A stretch of 64,000 nucleotides of DNA from contig OX597820.1 in the NCBI GenBank assembly GCA_951406725.2, positions 73,036,001-73,100,000 on the forward strand. Direction: 5' to 3'. A program made the position numbers and the translations under genes. Every line of letters begins with the position of its first letter. The stretch's first letter is position 1. Under the pieces are notes generated by a model. It saw nothing but the letters and a program-made list of their open reading frames with translations, was not told the DNA's origin and made no database searches. Origin of the DNA: Octopus vulgaris. Lineage: Eukaryota. Shown piece by piece: positions 28,660 through 43,002 of the stretch.

Positions 28660-29075
28660 AGAGGAGGAGGAGGAGGAGCAGCAGGAGAAGGAGGAGGAGC
28701 AGGAGAAGGAGGAGGGGGAGGTGGCGGAAAGAGAGGTAGAAGAAGAAAAAAAGAAAAAGAAAAGGAAGAAGTAGAAGGGGGAAAATGGGAAAAGAAGAAG
28801 AAAAAGAAGAAGGAGATTGAAAAGAAGAAGGATGGGGGAGGAACAAGAAGAAGGAGACTGAAAAGAAGGAGGAGAAGAAGAAGAAGAAGAAGAAGAAGAA
28901 GAAGAAGAAGAAGAAGGAGGAGGAGGAGGGGGAGGAGGAGAAGAAGAAGAAGATTGAAAAGGAGGAGGGGAGAAGGAAGAAGAAGAAGAAGGAGGAGGAG
29001 GAGGAGAAGAAGAAGAAGAAGAAGAAGAGGAAGTAGAAGGAGAAGAAGAAGAAGAAGAGGAAGAAGAAGAAGAAA
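28660..29075. repeat. (GAA)n/(GGA)n polypurine tract
   Basis: About 400 bp, almost purely purine on the + strand. Confidence 0.95.
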
Positions 29076-29144
29076 AGTTTTAGCACAGAGCGGGACAAAT
29101 ACATACTATGTATGCAATCACAGAGTCTGTCACATACATAAAAT

Positions 29145-29185
<41 letters not shown>

Positions 29186-29584
29186 ACAAGCCGCATACAA
29201 AGTTTTTCACACGCAAAAGCAGAGCTTGACAAACTGCGTATTGACATACATATATCTAAACACAGGCGCAAATACATCCAAAAACTTGATCGGCCAAAAT
29301 CAAAGCCTGATTAACGCACACACTCGCTTACACAAGTATATACATTAGTATGCACACATACAAAACTTGACGAACACATCACACAGAGACTCGCTGACAC
29401 GCACGCACACACACGCACACACACACACATACACGCACACACACACACAAATACACATACATACACACACTCGCTAACAAACTCCCACATACTAAAAATC
29501 TCGCATATATAAACTCACGCTCAAACACCCAGTCTTTCACACACATACTCATACACATGCACACACACATCTACACACATACAG

Positions 29585-29635
<51 letters not shown>

Positions 29636-30080
29636 GAATAACGCATATTAAATTCATAATCAAAATACACTGTCTCTCTGGTGATCGCGTTTGCATGAAA
29701 CGTTAGAGTTTTCTTCCTATTCACGGTATGACATCTATTTCACTTTTTGAAATATTTGAAAAAATGGTGTTAGAATGGTCCTTACAAAGAGAAAGAGAGA
29801 AAGAGCGAGGGAGAGGGAGAGAGAGTGTGTGTGTGTATGTGTGTGTGAGAGAGAGAAGGAGAGAGAGTGTTTCGTCGTCTATAAAACAATGCTAAAGTAC
29901 ATCAGACAAGACCGTCAGACGACTGACTACACAGCCAAAAGAAAAAAAAGGAAAGAAAAAGAACCGAACGATGCTGTTGACAGTGTAGTTAAGTACGCTT
30001 ATAGAGAGATCATTCGGCGGCCAGATCGATAAAGCAACTGGCTGTAATAAGGTTATGAAACCAATTGGAACTAACATAAA

Positions 30081-30139
<59 letters not shown>

Positions 30140-30581
30140 GTGAATCTGCGCTCCAGGAACTGTTTATTTGTCAGTTTAAACATGACCAGTTTCCATTTGA
30201 AGCATTTTTTTCCTTCTATAGAGAGTTAACGATAGCAATATGTTCCTTTCGGCTATTTCTTTTACACACACACAAACACACACACAAACACACATGCACA
30301 CATACATACACACATACTTAAATACATACACACACATGCATGCACACACACACACACACACATACATACGTACATACATACGCACGCATACATACATACA
30401 TACATACATACATACGTACATTAATACATACATACATGCATGCACACAGACATACATGCATGCATGTGTGTGTGTGAGTGTGAATGTATGTATGTGTATA
30501 AACATAAATATGTATGTATGCATATACATATATAACAATATAATATATACTGTATATACAAGCATATATATATATATTTAC

Positions 30582-30630
<49 letters not shown>

Positions 30631-30876
30631 AAGAAAGAGAGAAGGGGAAAGAAGGAGACAGGGAAAAGGGAGAGAGATGCATACACACACATACACTCGT
30701 AGATATATACATGCATGCATACGCACACACATACACGCAAACGCACACACGACCAATGACTGTTTTGTACTTAAGAAATACATGTCTTCAGCCGTTAGAG
30801 AAAGAGAGAGTGAAAAAGAGATGGAGAGAAAACGAGAGAGAGAGAGCAAGAGAGATAGAGAGGGGGTTACACATAT

Positions 30877-30918
<42 letters not shown>

Positions 30919-31275
30919 CGTGTTCAGTTAACTGGTGTGTACTGGAACCCTGTATATGTTACATGTGTTGCTGCTGGCTGGCGTACAGCTGCTGTATAGA
31001 CATGGCCACAATTGTCTAGGAACAACAAAGACCCAACAAATACATGGAGAATACGTGTGGACAGACATCAAATGATCGCAATAAAAGGCAAGTGGCGCGC
31101 ACAAATGCGAACCGTCTTTTATAAATAGCATATGAACGTGTATATATATATATATATGTGTGTGTGTGCGTGCATATATGTGCGTATGCATGTGTTTGTA
31201 TGTGTACGCTGTGTTCGCACGCATATACATACCAAACACTAAAAAGTGCTATAATATTATTAAAAAAAAAAAAAA

Positions 31276-31403
<128 letters not shown>

Positions 31404-31614
31404 TAATAATAATAATAATTATAGAAAGATGGCCTACAGCAAATATTCTGCTCAATACCACAGATTTGCTTGTTAGTTGTTTGACCTTAACCAGTTGATC
31501 ATGTCCCTTAGTGGCTGACGATATGTGCATCTCTGACCACGAGCAGAAGAAATGGGGGAGCATCATAGCCATGTGTGTGCAGATTGAGTGAGAGTGAGAG
31601 AGAGAAAGAAAGAA

Positions 31615-31647
<33 letters not shown>

Positions 31648-31844
31648 AAGGACGAAGAGGAAGAAGGAAATACTTATCGATAGTCGACATAGCATGTCCC
31701 GGTGACAACAGAATCACAGAGAAGGGAGAAGTAATAATAATTGTTTGAAATTTTGCCACAAGGACAAATCTTTTGGTGGAGGGGATGAATCGAGTTCAAC
31801 TGGTACTTATTTTATCGACCCCGAAGGAATGAAAATAAAAGACG

Positions 31845-32333
31845 TGGTATGAGCAAACCTCAGAAGGAGCCACCGAGAATGAGAATTGCAAAATGTTGTG
31901 GGATGCAATTATTAAGTGCGATCACCAGACCAGACCAGACCAGACATCGGAAACTGGACGTTGTTGTGTTGAATAAAAATGAAAGAACATACATCATAAT
32001 CGAAACAGCATGCCCCGGTGACAACAGGATAGATGAGAAAGTAGAAGAAAATAAACAAATGATGACAATTTGAGGTGAGAAATACGAAGGTTGCGGTCAA
32101 TGAGGAAAGTAGACGTGATACTAATAGTAATTGGTGCGCTTGGAAGTATCAGCACTCAACTATCAACATGGCTGAAAAAAAGTCGGTGCAAGTGTGAAGG
32201 TAGAACACCTACAATAATTCTTTGCAGAGTTTTTGAACCATGACCAGTAAACAAACACCTTACTCTGCTGGCTGTAGACAGCTGACACTTTCCATCATAC
32301 TCAGCAAAATAAGCTGCGAGTTTTCATCACAAA
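31845..32333 (+). pseudogene. R4/Dong-like 3' fragment (RLE domain and 3' UTR) with (AAT)n tail
   Basis: Frameshifted ENENCKMLWD..., RHRKLDVVVLNKNERTYIIIETACPGD and VILIVIGALGSI motifs. Confidence 0.8.
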
Positions 32334-32384
32334 ATAATAATAATAATGATAATAATAATAATAGTAATAATAATAATAATAATC

Positions 32385-32432
<48 letters not shown>

Positions 32433-32459
32433 TTGATGATAATAATAATAATAATAATG

Positions 32460-32511
<52 letters not shown>

Positions 32512-32544
32512 TAATTATAATAATAATAATAATAGTGATGATGA

Positions 32545-33557
<1,013 letters not shown>

Positions 33558-33625
33558 TCTTTGCCCTAGGAGTCGGGAAGACACTCGGCAAGAAATGGAA
33601 GCAAATTTGAAAGAAGAAAAAATAA
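33558..33625 (+). mobile_element. Short 3' stub of the R4/Dong-like element at 33885-34535
   Basis: tgccctaggagtcgggaagacactcggcaagaaatg matches tgcccttggtgtcgggaagacactcggccagaaatg (~34476-34511). Confidence 0.8.
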
Positions 33626-33631
33626 AATAAA

Positions 33632-33756
<125 letters not shown>

Positions 33757-33815
33757 TGATGATGATGATGATGATGATGACGACGACGACGACGACGACG
33801 ACAATGATGATGATG

Positions 33816-33865
<50 letters not shown>

Positions 33866-33884
33866 AAAAATAATATCTTGGCCA

Positions 33885-34535
33885 ATATCTACATTGGATA
33901 ATGCGTCAGCATTATAAAATTAAACCTGCTGAAGGAGAAGATGTAACTATTCTTTGGAATTTCCTAGTATGTACAGACCGGACCACCAAGGCAAATAAAC
34001 CAGATATTGTTGTGACAGACCAAAACTATAAATCTGTTTATTGATTGACATGAGCATACCCCGTGACCATAATATCTCGGCAAAAGAATTTGATAAGCTC
34101 ATAAAATATATAAAGATTTGCTAATCAAAATCGAAAAGATGTGGCATCTCAAAACGGTTACGACACCAGTGATTGTAGGGGCATTTGGAATGATCAAAAA
34201 AAGGAGCTGAAAATTATTTAAGAATGATCCCTGGTTTGCCATCCATGCAGGAAATGCAAAAGTTTGTCTTAACTGGTACGTCACACGTATTGAGAAGAGC
34301 ATTGTCACTGTGAAATTCCTTTCCCTCAACCCTTTATCTTATTTGTTTACTTTTTTATTTTATACTTTTTCCTTTTTCTCTCTGTCTTCCCCTTTTTCTC
34401 TATCACACGACTTTGTAAATGAACAATCTGGTGTGTATATTTTAATGGCCTAACAATATATACAGTACGTTTCTCTGCCCTTGGTGTCGGGAAGACACTC
34501 GGCCAGAAATGAAAACAGAATTGAAAAAAGATGCT
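33885..34535 (+). pseudogene. R4/Dong-like 3' fragment (RLE domain and 3' UTR)
   Basis: EGEDVTILWNFLVCTDRTTKANKPDIVV...LIDMSIP...KYKDL...EKMWHLKTVTTPVIVGAFGMI, with frameshifts. Confidence 0.88.
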
Positions 34536-34557
34536 AATAAAAAAAAAATTATAATAA

Positions 34558-35025
34558 TGATTTCATTTATTTTACACAAGGGCGAAGGATGAGGGGGACA
34601 ATACAGACACAGACATAAAGTGTTGAGGTTTACATATAATGAAATGATAAAAAGAAGGAAAGTAAGTATACACGGTATATACTGAAAAAGAAGGTACATA
34701 TGCAGTGCATACAAAAGTTTAAAAAAAGTTGTGGGATGGATGATAGAGATGTGGCAATCCTGATACAGGAAGGCCTCTAGGGATGATCAAGGAACCCCAC
34801 TGTCCGAGATTTCCTTGAAACTCCAAGAGCAAGTGCCCTTTCCAATTCCTTCGACACTTAGAGAGATACCATCCACTCTTGTCATTTTCCCAACTTTCAC
34901 CCACCTTTCAATAAACTCACATGAGGACAGCACTTCCCTCTCCACTTTCAATTTCCTTTACATGTGAAACTTGAAGAAGTCAGTGAGAGCTTTACCGAAG
35001 AGGAATATATCTGTCTTCATGTCTT
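34558..35025 (-). pseudogene. Second Tx1/L1-like 3' fragment
   Basis: Clearly homologous to ~32545-33135. Confidence 0.75.
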
Positions 35026-35248
35026 GGGGGACAATATCAGAAAGCATCAAGAAGAATATAATTGAAACGGGAACAGAGTGCCCAGTGGAGCTGTGGCAAA
35101 AGGTTTGCTACCTTGTCAATGCCAGAATCAACAGGAAAGTATCAGGTAGTTGAAAAGAACAGATAGTATTGTATGGCGTAAGCTGCAGGTAGCAAGCGCG
35201 CTACCCATGCAAGATTCTAAGAGTTCCAACAAAGCCTGAGTTAAAATA

Positions 35249-35295
<47 letters not shown>

Positions 35296-35302
35296 AATGA
35301 TG

Positions 35303-35421
<119 letters not shown>

Positions 35422-36549
35422 AAGAATGATTAAAAAATTTGGCTCAAAGCCAGCAAGTTCGTGGGAGGGGTTAAGCCGATTACCATAGATAGATAGATAG
35501 AGAGAGAGAGGGAGGGAGAGAGAGGGATAGAGAGAGATGGATGGGTTGATGGATGGATGGATGGATGGATGGAGAGACGGAAGATGCGAATTTCCATCAT
35601 TATGTTTCTACTGAACGATATAAGATATATCGTAAAGAAAAAGAGACAAGTTGTCGAGACTCAACCACCGTAAGAGATAAGGAGAGACAGAAATAAGTAG
35701 GGAAGAAGAAAAAGAGAATTAAAGAGCGTAAGATTAGATAGAAATGTTAAACTGTAAAACTGCGATGTATCACGAATCTCTCTTATCTATTCAGATATAT
35801 TCTACATAGATACAAAATCAGCATGCAGCGCCCTCTTTTCATTCTTTATCAATCCCGTTCAACAATTATTATCTGCTTATCTTGTTTGGTTCTCTTTATA
35901 TGACATGTTACATTGATATCGTGGTATCGATTAAATTTTTATATTTCTGAGATGAGTTATTATCGCTGTAAAGATCTCTCCTGTTATTATTAACCTAATC
36001 TTTTATGTGTTCTCTTTTTGTAAAACATTGTGATCAGTATATTTTTCATCGCCTGAAGGTACAATAGATTGTAAAATAAGATCAATTGTTACATTTACCA
36101 TTAGTAAGTAGGACATCAAATACATCAGAGATGCTTTCATAACGACTAATATACTTGAATATCGAGAGCATCCAATAATACATTCCCCCGCCAGAACTCT
36201 TTCTCTGACTGTATTCTAAACCTTAACAATACTGATAGAAATCCTGGATTAAACCAAAGTACCTCTTTGAGCGAAATCGTAGTCATTTGTCAATAGTATG
36301 AACAATATTCCAAAGCATATTACAGAAATGGCAGCCATTTTGAAGTGTAGGCCGTCAGTTATGTTTATTACAGATATAATGGTTATTTCCATTGTATAAT
36401 ACGGTTTTGAATATTATTCACTGTGAATTCTTTTGCAGTCAATAAGATATCATTTAGTTGTGGAATAAGATATCTTTACTCGCTGAAATTAGCCTGAAAT
36501 TGGCAATGTTTATGCATCACTGAATCCATGTTGATAACCAGCTGTTACT

Positions 36550-37085
36550 TATTTAGATCTTCGTTACCTGTGGAGTGTAGGCCATTGACAACCTTGCCCT
36601 ACTCGTCTCGGGTTGTTTTTCCTACTGCAGAGACTCATTGAGTGCCTTTAGGTTTTGCTGAGGAAGAATCAGAGTTGGTTTCTAGAATTAATGTGGAATT
36701 TGGAACTGTGGAACTTGCGTGAATATTTCATTTATAGAATTTTTCACTGGCCTGTTTTTTTCTGTTTCTCTCTAGTTGGATCCCTGCATCTTCATTTCAG
36801 ATTTTGCTGCACCACGTCGTATGTTTTTCTAAGGGAGGATCTTCCTCTCCCAGGTCTTCCCATTGATGCTTCTATAACTTGGTTATTTGCTCCCATGTAG
36901 GGAAGATGGCTCTACGCAAACCCATTTTTGCCTCTGAGAAGAGATAGTCCATATTTGTCTGGCCTCTATTCTTTAACCTGTCCTGTATGGGAGGCCCTAT
37001 CAAAAGCTTGCGCTCTTCTGGCTTAGCTCTCAAGGTCACTGAGGCACACAAGCTACCACACCACAACAAGAACTGGACCCTGTGG
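36550..37085 (-). mobile_element. Possible internally deleted RTE-clade element (5' UTR joined to 3' end)
   Basis: + strand tttaacctgtcctgtatgggaggccct...tagctctcaaggtcactgaggcacacaagc...ccacaacaag resembles the complement of RTE 5' UTRs; tggagtgtaggcc resembles an RTE 3' end. Recognition from memory. Confidence 0.45.
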
Positions 37086-37373
37086 TAGACAATCAGTTGT
37101 TATATAATATTGAATTGACAGATCTAACTTCATCCATTCATATTTTTCGCAATTAATGTCGTTGTTACAAAGTTTTTCCAAAAAGGTTTTAATTAAACTA
37201 TAAATTCTTAAACCATAATTAAACCATAAATTCTTAATTAAAACAAAATACTGGCATAATCTGGATGATGCAATTTTAATTCTATAGTCTTACAATTAAT
37301 TCTACAGAACTTCAAGTATGATTAAAATATCAAAAGTCTAACTTATATAAGTGTTAACCGATTCCATAAATTT

Positions 37374-37434
<61 letters not shown>

Positions 37435-38346
37435 CATTAAAATCATCAGAGTTAGCCCGAACACCCTATATATGTATATACATATATGTGTGTGTGTATA
37501 CACACATATATGATATATGCGCGTGCATGTGTGCATGAGTGCATGCATATATATAATATATATTATATATACATATATGATATATATATTATGTATGTTA
37601 TATATATATATATTATATATATATTATATATGTTATATATATATATATTATATATATATATAATATATAATATATTACATATATAATATATATATAATGT
37701 ATACATAAAAAGACACACAGACAGAGAGATAGAGAAAGCTAGAAGCAGGATCAAGCCTAAGTATGTTATCTAAACTTCAACACAATATGGTCGTCGGGTA
37801 AAGGATGGGAGCTGAACAGTAATATTACTGAGATTAACTTTAATACTGTCATAATTCATAATGTTTATTTAAGTATAATTGGCTTAGCTTTGTTACTAAT
37901 GACTTAAATTGCTAATAAAAGGAAATAAGAGAGAGAGAGAGGTGGGGACAGACGGAGCTTCGGAGAAAAAGAAAACTATGGAAGAGAAATATTAAGTCTG
38001 AACATTTTCAAAGCGTCCAAAATACAGCAGTTGGTCTGAAGTAAAATTTTTATTTCTTATCTATCTATCACTTATTTCTGTCGTTGGACTTTGGCCAAGC
38101 TGTTGCATCTCCTCAAAGAATTTAGTGGAATAAATCGATCGAGGATTTATGATTTTTTATTTATTTATTTATTTATTTTTTTTTAAGTCTGATATATATT
38201 TTATCGGTTCCTTTTGACGAATCGCTATATAACGGAGACAGAAGCAAAATCACACACATACATATATCATATTTTACTTGTTTCAGTCATTGCACTGTGA
38301 CCGAGCTGTAGCACAGATACACACACACACACACACACATACGTAA

Positions 38347-38418
<72 letters not shown>

Positions 38419-38477
38419 ACATAAATTAATGGCCAAACGAAAGAAGGGCACACAGCCAATTTATTGGGAGGTACATG

Positions 38478-38644
38478 TATAGATCAAAACAATTTGATTC
38501 AAATTCGTTGGTACTCTTGAGTTTCAAACGTGATGCTAGTCGTTGGACATTTTGGATTTCAAATTCAAAATGGCTAACGACTTGAATCGTGCTTGAAACT
38601 CAAGAATACCAACGAATTTGAATCAAACTGTTTCGATTTATATA
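38478..38644. repeat. Palindrome (~80-bp arms) near (TA)n
   Basis: tttgattcaaattcgttggtactcttgagtttcaa is mirrored by ttgaaactcaagaataccaacgaatttgaatcaaa. Confidence 0.85.
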
Positions 38645-38886
38645 TATATATATATATACGCATGTATGTAAGTCTAATGATATAAAGAAATAGAGATAGC
38701 TATGTATGTATATATATATGTATACTACAAAATTAGAGAATGGAGAAACATACTTAAATCAATAAAACATCAACTATCAGATGGTACCCAATCAATACTT
38801 TAATACACCATTACATATACAGTAAGAGTAAATAGACAAAGAGATATAAGTAAAAAATTTTAAATATAATATGTAATTAAATCAAA

Positions 38887-38996
38887 TCTGACAGCTGTTT
38901 CGGCAGTGAGGGCAGTCATACCTCATTTAACCTATAAGCCATAAAGGCAGGTATAAATGAGGCATTAACAAGGATGCCCCACGGCCTCTTCAGAGA
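38887..38996 (-). ncRNA. Intact minimal type I hammerhead ribozyme with long stem II
   Basis: TCT-CTGAAGA-GGCcgtggggca...tgccctcactGCC-GAAAC-agct-GTC-AGA: GUC triplet, palindromic ACAGCTGT and inner helix tgcctcattta/taaatgaggta. Confidence 0.85.
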
Positions 38997-39337
38997 ATTA
39001 AATTAAATTTGTTATAATTGTGAAAAATATTATTTAACCATATACATATAAATATAAAAATATAAAAATGTAAAATATAAAAACTTATACATCATAATGC
39101 TACACTTATATAATATAATACTCATTGGTACAATAATGGAAGGTAAACAGAACAAAATAAAACAAAATATATATCAGTGTATATATTAATATTAATAAGC
39201 ACCGATATTATACATATTTGGCTAATAGTTTTTTTAAAAAAAAACTAACACATAGGGAGATGAAAAATAATAATTAAAACCAAGGTTCAGTTCATAAAAT
39301 TATAAAGCTATAAAAGTTAATAAAAATTACTATTAAT

Positions 39338-39377
<40 letters not shown>

Positions 39378-40550
39378 GATACAGTTATGTTTGCACCAAA
39401 TCCATCCTTTCAAGATCGAAATAACTATGAGTTTAGAAATGCTGACCACTAGGTAATGATAATTTAGATTAATTCGATTGGCTATTGGTTTGAAATTTAA
39501 ATCACAAAAGAAATTATACGGTTGGTTAGTCAAGGAACGCCAATATTCACACGCGCATCTACAGCTCAATCGCACATACACACATAGTTATATGTATACA
39601 CATACACTTATACACATACATAATCACAAGCAACAACTAGCACATAGATAGACAAAAAGGGAAGCAACTATGCTACCATTTAGTCCTTCAAAATTATAAC
39701 TATGCCTCAAATAACGAAAATGAACCACCCATGCATTCCATAAAATATTTAATTTAGATAGAAATATATTTTTAAATATCAGTATGTTACTAAGTCAGAT
39801 ATTATTTCATTGGGTAACTTAAGATTTATAACACCGGTTTGTTGCATAGTAAACATACGGTTGTTAGATTTATCGTAAGTTTGTTATGATTCCAAGTACG
39901 CTAAGTTATAAAATATAAAAAATATATTAATTTATATATTATAAATAAATCTCTTATTTACTTAATAAATTTAATGCCATAATATACCAGTTTAGGCATT
40001 AAAAAATAGAAGGGGAAGTACTAATGCAAACGCATATGAGAACATCACAGAAATTTTAAAAAAATTTATATTATAAATACTTAAGATATAATGTGATAAA
40101 ATAAATAAGAAGGAATAAATACGGTTATACACATATTATTATACACATATTATAAGTACAAACCAGTATATATGTATTCATATATAATTAAAATAAAATA
40201 AAAATAAATGATAGATATGTATGTATAAAACTACCCTAGTATAAGTAAATAAGTAAAAAATAAATAGATAACAAATTAGATGACTTGATATATATTTGTG
40301 CGTGTGTGTGTTTGCATCCCCGTAACTTAGCGGTTCAGTAAAAGGTATCGAGAGAATAAGTAACGAGCTTAAAAAATAATGTACTGAGGTCGATTCATTC
40401 AACTAGAAATAAAATTCAAGGCGGTGCCCCAGCATGACCACAGCCTAATAACTGAAACAAGTAAAACATATATAAAAGATCATATATGTATAAATAAACG
40501 CGCTCGCGAACGCACGCACACACACACACACACACATATATATATACAGT

Positions 40551-40895
40551 GTATATATACAGTGTAGATTTAAACATATAAGAGGTGTCCATCATAGGAT
40601 ACCCGGCACGCTCGAAGGAATAGCCAAAATCCAAACCACTATTAGGGATAATTTTCGAAGGGAGATAGACGGTAAATATTTTTATTTTTATTTTCATTCC
40701 CTTCGAAATTTATCCCTAATAGTGGTTTGGATTTTGGCTATTCCTTCTAGCGTGCCGGGTATCCTATGATGGACACCTCTTATGTGTTTCAATGCACACT
40801 ATATTTATATGAATAATATATAGTCTATTGACTAATTTTTCTACACGTTGGGCCACTGGTAGTAAACATTTCTAAAATTTTTCTTACCCTGATAA
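40551..40895. repeat. Near-perfect palindrome (~110-bp arms, ~35-bp spacer) with a one-sided tail
   Basis: Arms ~40551-40663 and ~40698-40810; unpaired tail to ~40895, then (TA)n(TG)n. Confidence 0.9.
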
Positions 40896-40907
40896 TATAT
40901 ATATATA

Positions 40908-40961
<54 letters not shown>

Positions 40962-41189
40962 TGTGTGTGTTAAGTAAGATATAAGTTAGAGGTTATGCAA
41001 CCATCTAAGGGATAGATGTATCCGTAGGCACTCCTGGTGTATTACTTTACTATGTATAATCCTGGCTATAAGGTATACAGTTGTAGGTAATTTGAAGGTA
41101 AAACCGTGGTTTAATATATATAGAAAATTGAGCAATAATTAACAATGAGAAGTTGATCATTAGTATTAAAAAGTCATTTTTAATTGTAG

Positions 41190-42437
41190 TTCGGAACATC
41201 ATAATACTTCCGGCGGACAAGGAAAATGCTACAATCTGACTACTTGGAAAAATTGGCAAGTGTTATAAGTGACGGTAGCTACAGCAAAGTAAAGAAACTC
41301 TGAAAACAGAGAGGAAGTTGTCACAGATCTTGATCAAGAACAAGGATCACTTTATACCAATGAAGTGCAGACAACTGACTCAACACCACAGTAAACTACC
41401 ACACATGTACGGTCTCCCTAAGACTTGCAAGGATCGTATTCTATTAAGAACTATATTGAGCTGTAGAGGTTCAGCTCGTCATCCACTGAGCCGCTTCCTT
41501 GTGGATATAATCAGTCCATTAGCAGGAAAGTCAACATCGTACGTAAAGAATTCCACCCACTTCACCGAATTGATCAAGGATACCTCCATTGAATCCAACC
41601 AGATCGTGAGTCTAGATGTGATAAGTCTGTTCATCGAAGTTCCAACTGGTGAAGCACTATCGGTGATTCAAGAAAAACTAGTGACAGAACCCATCTAAAA
41701 GAACGCACTAGTATACCAATAAGAAACTTGATGGAAATGTTGACCTTCTGTGTAGAAACTACCTACTTCAGTATGGACACTGATATATATCGACAGGAGT
41801 ATGGTTTAGCTATGGGTTCGCCATTATCACCTGTAATAGCCAATATATACATAGAATACTTTGAGAATTTGGCTTTTGGATCAACACCACTAAAACCAAC
41901 CCTATGTCTGCGATATGTTGATGACACCTTTATACTCTTCCCCCACCAGGAAGATTTCCAAGTACTGATAGATCATGTGAACTCAATAAAGCTATCCATA
42001 CAATTCACAATGCAAGAGGAAGCAGACAATCAGCTAGCATTCCTGGACGTATTAATAACATGCACCAAGTATGGATTCAGGACATTCGTATACCGCAAGC
42101 CGACCTTCACTGGACGATACCTTAACTTCAATTCCCACCATACATACAATGTAAAGAGAGGGATTGCTCAGTGCCTAAAACATCGTGCAAAGAATATAAG
42201 TTAAGTAGCCACCAATAAGAAATGATCAAGCTCAGAAACAATCGATTAAGCAACAACTACCCCAAAAGCATACTATCTACTCCAATTATGAAGAAAAGAG
42301 AGGATGAAACCAATAAACTGTCTACAGTCTGTCTACCCTATGTGAAAAGCCTCTCCGAAAAGATACAAAAGATATGCGTCCCATATGACAGGACAGTATT
42401 CAAGAGTAATACAACACTTCGCAAATATCTCCTTCGG
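41190..42437 (+). pseudogene. Penelope-like element reverse transcriptase (Poseidon-like), truncated and disrupted
   Basis: ILPADKENAT, PHMYGLPK, IVSLDVISLF, YRQEYGLAMGSPLSPVIANIY, LRYVDDTF, FLDVLI, VYRKPTFTGRYLNFNSHH and VCLPYVKSLSEKI across ORFs 41318-41698, 41728-42204 and 42222-42470. In-frame stops; GIY-YIG domain missing. Confidence 0.93.
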
Positions 42438-42514
42438 GATATTTGCGAAGTCTATGACATTTCAGTTTAAGAGGAAATTTAATAAGGATGATTAAAAAAA
42501 TATATATTAAGAAA

Positions 42515-42552
42515 ATATTACCGGTTTCGATGTATCTCATCTTATCAAATAT
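42515..42552 (-). ncRNA. Minimal hammerhead ribozyme with U3-A8 core variant
   Basis: ATAT-TTGATAA-GATG[agata]CATC-GAAAC-cg-GTA-ATAT: perfect 4-bp stems I and II, palindromic ACCGGT. Confidence 0.65.
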
Positions 42553-42630
42553 CAGTTATAATTTATCTTCTGTCTGGGGGTCAAGAACATGTCTGGAGAT
42601 TTTTCGTTGAAGACTTCTTTTATATATGTC

Positions 42631-42720
<90 letters not shown>

Positions 42721-42823
42721 ATATACATAATTGAAAAATAGTATAAAATCTTTATAAGAATTTATCAAGTAGTTAGCGGGAAAAACCTCATTAGGGAAAA
42801 ATCCATCAATTATTCCTCTTAAG

Positions 42824-42950
42824 TATATATACCTATAATAACGGCATTACTTACACATAAATGCCACACGCTAGGAGGGACTCTTAAAGTGTGACTTTAA
42901 GAGTCCCTCCTAGCGTGTAGCTTTTATGTATAGTAATGCCCTTAATATAA

Positions 42951-42960
<10 letters not shown>
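42824..42960. repeat. Palindrome (~65-bp arms) next to (TA)n
   Basis: acacgctaggagggactcttaaagt-gtg-actttaagagtccctcctagcgtgt, with further imperfect pairing outward. Confidence 0.88.

Positions 42961-43002
<42 letters not shown>

Noticed and set aside
31421-31585. CTGACGA within a short segment after (AAT)n as another hammerhead
   Set aside because: No downstream stem II-GAAA or stem I pairing found.
41318-42470. Intact active Penelope element or domesticated RT gene
   Set aside because: Split by stops and frameshifts, 5'-truncated and lacking the endonuclease; annotated as a pseudogene.
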